From NCBI GenBank assembly GCA_003021045.1, contig PXRN01000003.1:1-64000 (forward strand): DNA of 64,000 bases, given 5' to 3'. This document shows, in pieces, positions 40,710 through 49,192 of the stretch (position 1 is its first letter; each line of letters starts with the position of its first letter). The stretch comes from Halobacteriales archaeon QS_4_69_34 (GTDB lineage: Archaea; Halobacteriota; Halobacteria; Halobacteriales; Halococcaceae). Made by a program: the position numbers and the translations under genes. The notes beneath the pieces were generated by a model. It did no database searches, was not told the origin of the DNA, and saw only the letters and a list, made by a program, of their open reading frames with translations.

Positions 40710-41590
40710 TGGCGGCGAGCACCGAAAGAAACGAGCGCGACGGCCGGCTGGGTGGTCCCGACGAGCTGAGCGAGCGCGAGCAGGCGGCCGTCGAGACGCT
40801 GTGTTACCGGCTCGCCGACGACGAGCTCGTGCTCGGCGAGCGTTACACCGAGTGGCAGGTCCGCGCGCCCACGCTGGAATCCGACCTCGCGCTTTCCAAC
40901 ATCGCCCAGGACGAGTTCGGCCACGCCCGGCTGTGGTACGACCTGCTGGAGGACTTCGGGTACACCGAGGCCGACCTGATCTTCGAGCGAGATCCGGGGG
41001 CGTTTCGGCACGCGACGCTCGTCGAGCTGCCCTTCGAGAAGGGCGATTGGGCCGACGCCATCGTTCGCTCCTATCTCTACGACGCCGCCGAACACCTGCG
41101 GCTCGAAGCGCTCGAGAACTCCAGCTACCCGCGTCTCGCCGACCGCGTGAGGAAGGTGCTGAGCGAGGAGCGCTACCACCGCGAGCACGCACGGAACTGG
41201 CTCGAACGGCTCACCGCCGGCGCGGAGGGCCGCGAGCGCGTCCAGTCCGCCGCCGACCGGCTCTTTCCGCACGCACTGGCGCTGTTCGAACCCGTGGGGG
41301 AGAGCGACGCCGACGTCGACGCCCTCGGGCTCCGCACCGAATCGCTCGATTCGATGCGCGAGCAGTGGCTCGACACCGTGCTACCGTTTCTCTCCTCGCT
41401 CGGTATCGACGCCGCCCCGGAGCTTTGCGAGGGAACCGACGTCGAGTCGTTGCTGCCCGAGAGCGTCGGCCGCGACGGGTCGCACACCGACGCGTGGCCC
41501 GAACTCCACGCCGAGATGACGCGCACGTACCGCGACCTCGGGCGGACTGAGGCCCGTCGCATCATGTCCGATCCCGACGACGCGGAGTGA
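40709..41590 (+). CDS. paaC: 1,2-phenylacetyl-CoA epoxidase subunit C
   Basis: Ferritin-like fold, position and size (293 aa); start overlaps the paaB stop (TGATG). Confidence 0.8.
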   Translation: MAASTERNERDGRLGGPDELSEREQAAVETLCYRLADDELVLGERYTEWQVRAPTLESDLALSNIAQDEFGHARLWYDLLEDFGYTEADLIFERDPGAFRHATLVELPFEKGDWADAIVRSYLYDAAEHLRLEALENSSYPRLADRVRKVLSEERYHREHARNWLERLTAGAEGRERVQSAADRLFPHALALFEPVGESDADVDALGLRTESLDSMREQWLDTVLPFLSSLGIDAAPELCEGTDVESLLPESVGRDGSHTDAWPELHAEMTRTYRDLGRTEARRIMSDPDDAE

Positions 41591-42144
41591 CTTCGACGAT
41601 GGACGACCTCGCTACCGACCGCGACGCCACTACCGGCCGCGACGACACCGACCCGGACACGTCCCGTACCGACGGCGCGGAGCCGACCGACGCGGGGCCG
41701 ACCTACTGTGCGCACACCGACTACGCGCATGACGGCCCCGCAGTCGAGGAGCTGCCCGCGACGGGCGAGGGGGCCGAGGGCGTCGAGCGACGCGTCTGGG
41801 ACGCCCTCTACGGCATCGAAGATCCCGAGATGCCGATCTCGATCGTCGACCTCGGGCTGCTCTACGGCGCCTCGGTCGCCGGAGGCCACGCGACCGTCGA
41901 CATGACGCTGACCTACACGGGGTGCCCGGCCCGGAAGATGCTCACCGAGGAGGTCGAGAACGTAGTGGGAGCGGTCGCGGGCGTCGAGAGCGTCGACCTG
42001 CGACTGGTCTGGTCGCCCCCGTGGTCGCTGAGGATGGTCACCGACCAGGGGAGAGCGGACCTCCGCGAGTTCGGCCTGAGCGTTCCCGACGCAGACGAGG
42101 AGTCGGGATCGGGAGGAACCGCGAGGACGGAGATCCAGCCGTGA
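41587..42144 (+). CDS. paaD: Phenylacetate-CoA oxygenase PaaD (PaaJ) subunit, DUF59/MIP18 part
   Basis: ...EDPEMPISIVDLGLLYG...TLTYTGCPA... DUF59 core; acidic N-terminal extension; a GTG at 41587 overlaps the paaC stop (an ATG at 41599 is an alternative). Confidence 0.7.
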   Translation: MTSTMDDLATDRDATTGRDDTDPDTSRTDGAEPTDAGPTYCAHTDYAHDGPAVEELPATGEGAEGVERRVWDALYGIEDPEMPISIVDLGLLYGASVAGGHATVDMTLTYTGCPARKMLTEEVENVVGAVAGVESVDLRLVWSPPWSLRMVTDQGRADLREFGLSVPDADEESGSGGTARTEIQP

Positions 42145-42308
42145 GAAGGCCCGATCCGAGCGTCGAGACCACGGGACAGGACGAGCGCGCGGCGTGTCCC
42201 TACTGCGGTTCGACCGAGACCCGGCGCGAGCACCCGAAGGGGCCGTCGCTGTGTCGCTCGATGCACTACTGCGACGCCTGCGAGCAGCCCTTCGAGGCGT
42301 TCGGGTAG
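42141..42308 (+). CDS. Cys4 zinc-ribbon ORF: detached C-terminal Zn-ribbon module of PaaD
   Basis: ...CPYCGSTETRREHPKGPSLCRSMHYCDACEQPFEAFG*; a GTG start forms a GTGA overlap with the paaD stop, in a different frame. Confidence 0.5.
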   Translation: MRRPDPSVETTGQDERAACPYCGSTETRREHPKGPSLCRSMHYCDACEQPFEAFG

Positions 42309-42432
42309 CCCAGACGGCGAGGAGACCGCCGCCGGCACCGTCGAGCCAGTGACGCGGCCGTCGAGACGGGCGTGAATCAGTGGAGGTGAGGTGCTCGACC
42401 GCACCGGCCCACGGCCTCCCTGGCTTCGCTTC

Positions 42433-42855
42433 TTACTGTCCGGACGCGTCTTCCAGGTCCGTCCCGTCCTTGAGGTCCTGTCGTCGCTCACCCGACTCGC
42501 TGCTGTCCGGGACCGGCGGAGCCAGCCCGTCGTCGTTCGTGGGATCGACCCCGCTATCGTCCGCCCGTCGATCGTCCTCGGCTCTCGCCGCGGTGTTCCC
42601 GCCGTCGACCGGGTCACGCTCGGGGCCGTCCTCGGGCGTCTCGGCGGCCACCTCGGCGGTCAGGTCCGACCGCCCGGACTGTGCGTCGGTTTCGGGCGGC
42701 GGTCCCGCGGTAGACTCTTTCGTCCCGTCGATCACGTAACGGTCGCCCTCCTCGTAGACCACCCGCCCGCCGACCGTGATCGGCTCGCCGATCTCGTTGC
42801 TCAGCCGCCGCAGCGTCGTCTCGTGGTCCTCCTCGGGTTCGCCCCCATCGGTCAT
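42433..42855 (-). CDS. Hypothetical acidic protein
   Basis: 140 aa from MTDGGEPEEDHETTLRRLSNEIGEPITVGGRVVYEEGDRYVIDG...; no family recognised. Confidence 0.35.
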   Translation of the reverse strand: MTDGGEPEEDHETTLRRLSNEIGEPITVGGRVVYEEGDRYVIDGTKESTAGPPPETDAQSGRSDLTAEVAAETPEDGPERDPVDGGNTAARAEDDRRADDSGVDPTNDDGLAPPVPDSSESGERRQDLKDGTDLEDASGQ

Positions 42856-43074
42856 GCCCGGCCGTCGAACGCGGAGGGGCTTGCCTCCGTTGCAGGAATG
42901 TGCGCGCCGCGTGGCCGTGCCCTTCGCCCTCGCCACGATTGGTCGTCGCCGTAACGACGGCGTACAGTACACCGAGCGCCACGGGGGTGGTCCGACCCGG
43001 AGTTGAGAGGTGGTCCGCACCGGCGACCACGAACGCAGAGCCGGCCGCCCGGTCCGCGGCGGTTCGACGATCCT

Positions 43075-44079
43075 CTACTCGAAGTGGGGGACGACCTCAC
43101 TCCCGAGGCGCTCGACGCACTCGACCATTTCGTCGGTACCGGTGCCGGGGTGGTAGGTGCGGAAGATGAAGTGGATCCCGTCGCCGAGCGCCTCCCGGTA
43201 GGCTTCGAGCCCCTCGATGACCTGCTCGGGGGTGCCGAAGATCGCCTGCTCTCTCAGCTCCTCCTTTCGCTCCTCGGGAAGTTCATCGACCGGCTCGCCG
43301 GAGAATATCTCGGCGTAGCGGCGCTGGAGGTAGAAGTATCCCTCGCGCATCGCGTCCCACGCCCCCTCGCGGGAATCGTCGACGAACCCGTGCTGGAGCA
43401 CGTAGACCTGGAAGTCACCCTCGATTCCCTCCTCGTTCCGGACGTGCTCGATGTCCTTCTTGCGCTTTGCGACGCCCTCGATCGACAGCGAGGATGGCGC
43501 ACACCACGCCTCGCCGACGCGCGCCGCGCGCCTGACAGCCGGCTTCGCCGAGCCACCGAGCATGAGCGGTACGTCGCCGTCGGGCGTGGGCGTCACCGTC
43601 ACCTCGGGGGAGACGTCGTGAAACCGGGGATCGTACTCCAGGGGCCCGGGCGACCACGCACCGCGGAGGACCTCGACGGCGTCGGTCAGGCGCTCGACGC
43701 GCTGTTCCTCCGGAATCCCGAACGCGTCGAACTCCCGGGGGTTCGAGCCGATGGCGAGCCCGAGGGTGAGACGACCGCCCGAGACGAGGTCGACGGTGGC
43801 GGCGTCCTCGGCCAGCCGCACGGCGTCGTACAGCGGCGCGAGCGCGATGCAGCTCCCGATCTCGATCTCGGCGGTGCTCGCGGCGAGCGCGCCGAGCGCG
43901 GGCATCGTCCCCGAGAGGTACCCATCGTCGAGGAAGTGGTGCTCGGAGACCCACGCGCTGGCGAGCCCGGCGTCGTCGGTGGTCGCGCCGAGTTCGAGCA
44001 TCTCGTCGTATATCTCGCTCGTCGAGCGCTCGTCGTCCGGGCGCTGCTGGCAGGTGAACAGGCCGGTGCCGATCTCCAT
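43075..44079 (-). CDS. LLM-class (luciferase-like) flavin/F420-dependent oxidoreductase
   Basis: ...WVSEHHF..., ...GGRLTLGLAIGSNPREF..., TIM-barrel LLM family; 334 aa from MEIGTG. Confidence 0.8.
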   Translation of the reverse strand: MEIGTGLFTCQQRPDDERSTSEIYDEMLELGATTDDAGLASAWVSEHHFLDDGYLSGTMPALGALAASTAEIEIGSCIALAPLYDAVRLAEDAATVDLVSGGRLTLGLAIGSNPREFDAFGIPEEQRVERLTDAVEVLRGAWSPGPLEYDPRFHDVSPEVTVTPTPDGDVPLMLGGSAKPAVRRAARVGEAWCAPSSLSIEGVAKRKKDIEHVRNEEGIEGDFQVYVLQHGFVDDSREGAWDAMREGYFYLQRRYAEIFSGEPVDELPEERKEELREQAIFGTPEQVIEGLEAYREALGDGIHFIFRTYHPGTGTDEMVECVERLGSEVVPHFE

Positions 44080-44151
44080 GCCTCCTCTGTGTGCCCCGAT
44101 GTGGAAAGCCCTACCCCCGCCGAAACGCCTATCGTTCGGACCGTGGTACGG

Positions 44152-44643
44152 ATGGTCATGGCGATTCGTGAGTCGACGGCCGAGGACGTCGAGGCCATCG
44201 CGCGGGTGGCACGAGCGTCGTGGGAGGCCGACTACCCCGACATTCTGAGCCGCGAGACCGCAGCGGAGGGCGTCGAGGCGTGGTACGCGCCCGAACAGCT
44301 CGAACGCGAGATCGAGAGCGAGAACGCACTGGTTCCCGTCGTCGAAATCGAGGCGGAGATCGTCGGCTTCGCTCACGCCGTCACGGACGAACAGGGCGGG
44401 ACGATTCTCCGGCTCTACGTCGCGCCCGAGCACCGCCGGGACGGCGTCGGTGGCGACTTGCTCGAACACACCCGGAGCGCGCTGGCCGAGCGGGGCGCGG
44501 AGCGCGTCCGGGCGATGGTGTTCGCGGACAACGACCTCGGCAACGAGTTCTACCGCCGATTCGGGTTCGAGCCCGAACGCGAATCCGAGACCGAGATCGG
44601 CGGCGAAACCTATCGCGAGACCGTCTACGTCGCCGACGCCTGA
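44152..44643 (+). CDS. GNAT family N-acetyltransferase
   Basis: ...LYVAPEHRRDGVGGDLLEH...; 163 aa. Confidence 0.75.
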   Translation: MVMAIRESTAEDVEAIARVARASWEADYPDILSRETAAEGVEAWYAPEQLEREIESENALVPVVEIEAEIVGFAHAVTDEQGGTILRLYVAPEHRRDGVGGDLLEHTRSALAERGAERVRAMVFADNDLGNEFYRRFGFEPERESETEIGGETYRETVYVADA

Positions 44644-44944
44644 GGGCTTCGTTGTGAAACTGACCGTCGTCTACGGGGACCGACGAGGACCGGCTCCACG
44701 TCGACACCGGCGAGACGCGTCCTCTCGGTCCCCGACTCGGCGTGCTATGGAGCGAGCGGGCCGAGTAGAAGCGTCCCTCGGGGATCGCTCCGGGAACCGC
44801 TTGCCGTAGAGCGGTCGATACGGTCCACTTCGGTGTTCGAAAACCGACAGAGGACGCCGCCTCATAGGGATTGTTGTCGGTCATTTCGGTGTGCCGCTGA
44901 CACGGGGGTCGGTGGCTACCGGTAAACAGACACGACAATCCCTG

Positions 44945-46213
44945 TCAGTGGTCGATTCGCGTGATCTCTTCGACGGGCCACTGGCTCAACAGTTCGACGC
45001 CGTCCTCGCGCACGACGACCATCTCCTCGACGCGTACACCCTGCCTGTCGGCGGGCTCTTGGGTCTCGACGGCCATCGTCATCCCCTCCTCGATCTCGAC
45101 GGGATGCTCGGGCGAGAGGCCACGCCAGATCAGGGGCACCTCGTAGAGCTGGAGACCCAGCCCGTGCGCCCAGTGGTTGGTGGTGAGCTGCCAGTGCTCT
45201 TCTGCGTCGTAGTACTCGGCGTGCTCGCCGCCCATGTCCGGAAAACCTTCACAGATCTCGTCGGTCGTCGCGCCCGGCTCGATGCCCTCCAAGACGTCGT
45301 AGAGGGTGTCGCGGGCGGTCTCGTAGGCGTCCCGTTGGGCGTCGGTGGGCTCGCCAATCGAGAACGTTCGATAGTAACACGAGCAATAGCCCAGATACCC
45401 GACGTTGTAGAAGTCGGCGTAGACCAGATCGCCCGGGCGGATCACCCGGTCGGTCGTGTTTGCCTGATGTTTGGGCCACGTGTTCGGACCCGACGTGAGA
45501 TAGCCCCCGCCGACGAACGCGCCGTGGCGGTGGAGCTCCCGCACGGCGTCGCCCCAGACCTCCGACTCGCGCTTGCCGGGTCGTGCGCTCGCTTTGATCC
45601 GCTGGAAGCCCGCCTCGCAGATCGCCGCGACCTGCCGGAGACACTCGATCTCCTCGCGCGTCTTCACCTTCCGGGCGTCCTCCATGACCGCCGAACACTC
45701 CGCCGGGCGACAGTCGACGCCGCGCTCCTCGAACGCCTCCAGCAGTCCGGCGTTCCCGACGTCGATGCCCATCGGCTCGCCGTCGAGGCCGTGTTCTTCG
45801 AGCGCGTCCACTACCGTGTCGGCCATCGTTCCGAGCAGGAACTCCCGGGCCGAGTCCCGGCCCGCGGCGCGCGGGACGTTCCCGAGACCGGGACACGCGT
45901 AGCGGACGTCGTCGAGCCACGGACAGTTGTGTCGCTGATTCGAGGCGTGGTCGGCCGTATCCCAGTGTGTGATCCTCCCCGCCTCGGTCAACAGGGTGTA
46001 GTGGTCAGCCCCGCTGCCGCCGGTCATCGCCAGCCCGGTGACGTATCTGATGTTCGGATCCGAGAGGAGGAGCATACTGCCCAGCTCCGTCTCACGCAGC
46101 CGCGAGAGCGCGCGTTCGTTGCGCCCCTCGCGGAGTCGCCGGACATCGATGCGCTCCTCCCAGTCGACGGCCATCGTCCCCCGGGTGCCCTCCATGAACT
46201 CGCGCCGGTGCAT
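44945..46213 (-). CDS. M24 family metallopeptidase (Xaa-Pro aminopeptidase/creatinase-like)
   Basis: Creatinase_N-like N-terminus plus pita-bread domain (...HGLGLQLYEVP..., metal ligands D/D/H/E/E); about 422 aa. Confidence 0.8.
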   Translation of the reverse strand: MHRREFMEGTRGTMAVDWEERIDVRRLREGRNERALSRLRETELGSMLLLSDPNIRYVTGLAMTGGSGADHYTLLTEAGRITHWDTADHASNQRHNCPWLDDVRYACPGLGNVPRAAGRDSAREFLLGTMADTVVDALEEHGLDGEPMGIDVGNAGLLEAFEERGVDCRPAECSAVMEDARKVKTREEIECLRQVAAICEAGFQRIKASARPGKRESEVWGDAVRELHRHGAFVGGGYLTSGPNTWPKHQANTTDRVIRPGDLVYADFYNVGYLGYCSCYYRTFSIGEPTDAQRDAYETARDTLYDVLEGIEPGATTDEICEGFPDMGGEHAEYYDAEEHWQLTTNHWAHGLGLQLYEVPLIWRGLSPEHPVEIEEGMTMAVETQEPADRQGVRVEEMVVVREDGVELLSQWPVEEITRIDH

Positions 46214-46374
46214 GGCCGCCGCACGGGTGGCCACGGCTTATAGTTCGCGCCGCGATCGTCAGCCCGAACGCCGCGCGTTGTCGCGTCGGCATGGAAGGGT
46301 TTGTCGACCCACCCGATCGTCTCGGCACATCGCCCGCGCCGTTCGATCGGTGGGCAGAGGCGTCCGTTCGGCCC

Positions 46375-47082
46375 TCAGCAGAAGTTCTGGGTCGCGTAGA
46401 CCTCCGTCCGCCCGTTCTCGGTGTCGATGGCGACCCCGATGGCCTCGCGTCGCCAGTAGTCGGCGAGCAGGTTCTCGCGGTGATCCGTCGAGTTCATCCA
46501 GCCGCTGACGATCCCGCGGGCGAGCGCGTCCGTCGTCTCGTAGCGCTCGTAGCCGCGGCTGGTATCGATCCTCTTCCCGTAGTAGGTCATCAGGACGTTC
46601 TCGCCGCCGGTCACCACCCTGAACCCGTCCGCGAGGACGAGACATCGGTAGTCGAACCGGCGATACCGATCGGAGAGCGTCTCGCCCGCGGGGCCGACGT
46701 GGCCGAAGTAGCTCCGGTTCGCCATGTCGGCGCTGTGATAGCGCGCCACCGGGCGCAGGCCGGTGGCGAAACTCAGGTTCGACAGGCCGCGCTCGGCGCG
46801 CTCCGCGTTGACGTAGGCGTGGATGCGGTACTCGAGTGCCGTCCTGTTGAGCTCCGTCCCATCGGGCCCCGTCCCGTTCGAGACCTGCCATCCCCCGACC
46901 TGCATCTCCGGGGCTTCTCCGGTCCCGCCGAGCGTGTCGTCGGCCAGCGCGTCGAGGTCCGCTGGGAGGGACACTACACCGAGCGCGACGGCGGCGACGA
47001 GCCAGACGGTCGCGAGCACGACCACGACCCGGAGGGCGACCGCGGACAGCCGGCCGAGCCGATGGGCGAGCGACGTTCGCAT
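46375..47082 (-). CDS. CAP (SCP/PR-1) domain protein with N-terminal membrane anchor
   Basis: ...HAYVNAERAERGL... and ...GHYTQVVW-like HVGPAG/ENL motifs; 235 aa. Confidence 0.7.
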   Translation of the reverse strand: MRTSLAHRLGRLSAVALRVVVVLATVWLVAAVALGVVSLPADLDALADDTLGGTGEAPEMQVGGWQVSNGTGPDGTELNRTALEYRIHAYVNAERAERGLSNLSFATGLRPVARYHSADMANRSYFGHVGPAGETLSDRYRRFDYRCLVLADGFRVVTGGENVLMTYYGKRIDTSRGYERYETTDALARGIVSGWMNSTDHRENLLADYWRREAIGVAIDTENGRTEVYATQNFC

Positions 47083-47265
47083 TCGACTCGCCGTATTCGA
47101 TCGAGGGATATGTATCTACCCCATCCGTCGGGGCCGACGCGCCGGACGGACGGTCGAGTGAGGCCACAGGTGTGGACGATCGGGTGCGACCGGCTGCTCC
47201 GTCGGCGGCGCGCTCGCCCGTCGAGAAACGACACGAGATAAGGCGTTCCGCCCCGAGCGACGATC

Positions 47266-47664
47266 ATGGGTGAACTCTTGCGACGACGGCTACTCGCGGC
47301 GACGGCGACCGTCGGTACCGTCGGCCTCGGCGGCTGTCTCACGCTCGATCCCGCCGTGCGGGCGGACACCGGCGACTCGGTGGTCTTCGAGGAGCTCTCG
47401 ACGAGCGAACCGTGGGCCAGCGGGTACGTACGGACGTCGGTCTCGCTCGCCGACGACGCCACCACGAGCGGGGGCGTGGGCCGGCTCAACGTGATCGGCG
47501 AGGACGGGACGACGTTCTCCTCGACGGCGCTCGACGCCGGCCAGACGAGTGTGACAGTGAGCGTACCGGCGAACACGAACGCGACGGTCGTCGCAGTCAA
47601 TACCGTCAACGGGAGCGTCGTCGAGCGTCTCCCGGTCCGAACCGACGGGAACAGGCTCGTCTGA
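47266..47664 (+). CDS. Secreted lipoprotein (Tat signal, lipobox), hypothetical
   Basis: MGELLRRRLLAATATVGTVGLGGC...; 132 aa. Confidence 0.55.
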   Translation: MGELLRRRLLAATATVGTVGLGGCLTLDPAVRADTGDSVVFEELSTSEPWASGYVRTSVSLADDATTSGGVGRLNVIGEDGTTFSSTALDAGQTSVTVSVPANTNATVVAVNTVNGSVVERLPVRTDGNRLV

Positions 47665-47717
47665 GGCGGGCCGACTGAGCGAAACGAACGGCATCGAGGA
47701 ACCGAACGGGACGAAGG

Positions 47718-47724
47718 ATTAAAC
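47718..47724 (+). promoter_or_regulatory. TATA-like box (ATTAAAC) upstream of the antitoxin-like ORF
   Basis: 24 nt upstream of the ATG at 47748. Confidence 0.3.
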
Positions 47725-47747
47725 GCTAGCAGGCACGATCCACCGTC

Positions 47748-47897
47748 ATGGGAAACAGCGTGCGACGGTTCACGGCGTTCGTCCCACCGGACGAGGAGAT
47801 GCCCGAAGAACCCCTCGGTGAGGCCATCTCGGGGCTGTTCGCCGGCATGGATGTCGATTCCGTCGAGGCGGTCCGGGAACTCAGGCGGCGCGAATGA
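47748..47897 (+). CDS. Small antitoxin-like protein (49 aa) coupled to the PIN-domain gene
   Basis: Stop overlaps the vapC ATG (ATGA); acidic C-terminus. Absent from the ORF track because it is under 60 aa. Confidence 0.45.
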   Translation: MGNSVRRFTAFVPPDEEMPEEPLGEAISGLFAGMDVDSVEAVRELRRRE

Positions 47898-48286
47898 AGG
47901 CGTTCGTCGACACGAACGTGTTCGTCGCGGCCGTCACCGACGAGCCGGACCGCGGCGTCGCGGCGACCACGTTCCTTGACGCCGACCACGAGTTTCAGAC
48001 CTCGCTCCTCAACCTCATGGAACTCCGCTCCATTCTCAGCAAGAAGAAGCGACGGGAACGGGATCGGATCGAAGCGCTAGAACGCCGGATTCTCGGCTAC
48101 GTCGACCTCGTCGTGCCGGACACGGCAGACATGGTCGCGGCGGACGACCTCCAGCGCGAAACGTTCCTCTATCCGATTGATTGTCTCATCCTCGCTTGTG
48201 CGCGCGAACAGGGCTCGACCCTCGTTTCGTTCGATGGAGAGCTCGTCGACGCCGGGGCGGTGTCACCGGAGGAGCTGACTGACTGA
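47894..48286 (+). CDS. vapC: PIN-domain ribonuclease (VapC-like toxin)
   Basis: MKAFVDTNVFVAAVTDE... with conserved acidic residues (D6, E43-like, D99-like); 130 aa. Confidence 0.75.
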   Translation: MKAFVDTNVFVAAVTDEPDRGVAATTFLDADHEFQTSLLNLMELRSILSKKKRRERDRIEALERRILGYVDLVVPDTADMVAADDLQRETFLYPIDCLILACAREQGSTLVSFDGELVDAGAVSPEELTD

Positions 48287-48303
48287 TTCGGCGATGTCAC
48301 CCG

Positions 48304-49128
48304 GTGAACAACATGGACCCGCGGCGCTACTACGATGCGTTCGGCGAGGAGGAGTGGGAACGCTTGACGGCGAACCCGGTGGCCCGTCTGGAGTTCGAGA
48401 ACACCACGCGCTACCTGGCCGAACGGCTCCCCGAGAACGGACCCGTTCTCGACGCCGGCGGCGGGCCGGGGCGCTATGCAATCTGGCTCGCCGAGCGCGG
48501 CCACGAGGTGGCCCACCTCGATCCAAGCCGCGAACAGGTGCGGATCGCCCGGGAGAAGGCCAACGAACGGGGCGTCGATAGGAGAGTCCGGTTCCAGCAG
48601 GGCGACGTCCGCGCGCTTCCGTTCGGCGCGGGCCGCTTCGCGGCGGTCTGCTGTCTCGGCGGCCCGCTCTCGCACGTACTCGATCCCGGCGAGCGGAAGA
48701 GGGCACTCCGGGAGCTGCGCCGCGTCGCCCGCGAGGATGCATCCGTTTTCGTCTCGGTCATGGGTCGGCTCGCCGCGCTCCGCTTTGCGATCAAACACGC
48801 CTCCGACCACCACGGCCTGCTCGAACCCCTCGCCGAGACCGGAGACTACACACAGGAACTCGTCGAGCGGCACGCCGACGGGGAGGGGTGGGCGGAGATG
48901 CACGCGTTTCGCGTCGAGGAACTCGAAGGCGAACTCGAAGCGGCCGGCCTGACCGTCGAGACGCTCGTCGGTCTCGAAGGCGTCGCCTCGGCCATGCAGC
49001 CGGCACTCGCGGAGCTGCCCGAGGACGGGGACGCACTGACGGACGTACACGCCGTCGTCTCGTCGCTCCGCGAGGACCGAGCCGTCGTCGACGCCTCCGA
49101 ACACATCCTCACGGTCTGTCGGGCATAG
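48304..49128 (+). CDS. Class I SAM-dependent methyltransferase
   Basis: VLDAGGGPGRYAIWLAERG motif I; 274 aa. Confidence 0.8.
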   Translation: MNNMDPRRYYDAFGEEEWERLTANPVARLEFENTTRYLAERLPENGPVLDAGGGPGRYAIWLAERGHEVAHLDPSREQVRIAREKANERGVDRRVRFQQGDVRALPFGAGRFAAVCCLGGPLSHVLDPGERKRALRELRRVAREDASVFVSVMGRLAALRFAIKHASDHHGLLEPLAETGDYTQELVERHADGEGWAEMHAFRVEELEGELEAAGLTVETLVGLEGVASAMQPALAELPEDGDALTDVHAVVSSLREDRAVVDASEHILTVCRA

Positions 49129-49192
49129 CATCGCGGCGTTCGTCCGTCCCGACTGATCGTCGCCGTCGATGCGGCGGCGAAGAATCGAGCAC

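Noticed and set aside
44840-44935. Imperfect inverted repeat (AGGGATTGT...ACAATCCCT) between convergent GNAT and M24 genes
   Set aside because: Only about 10 bp with a mismatch and 55-nt spacer; most likely an incidental bidirectional terminator hairpin.
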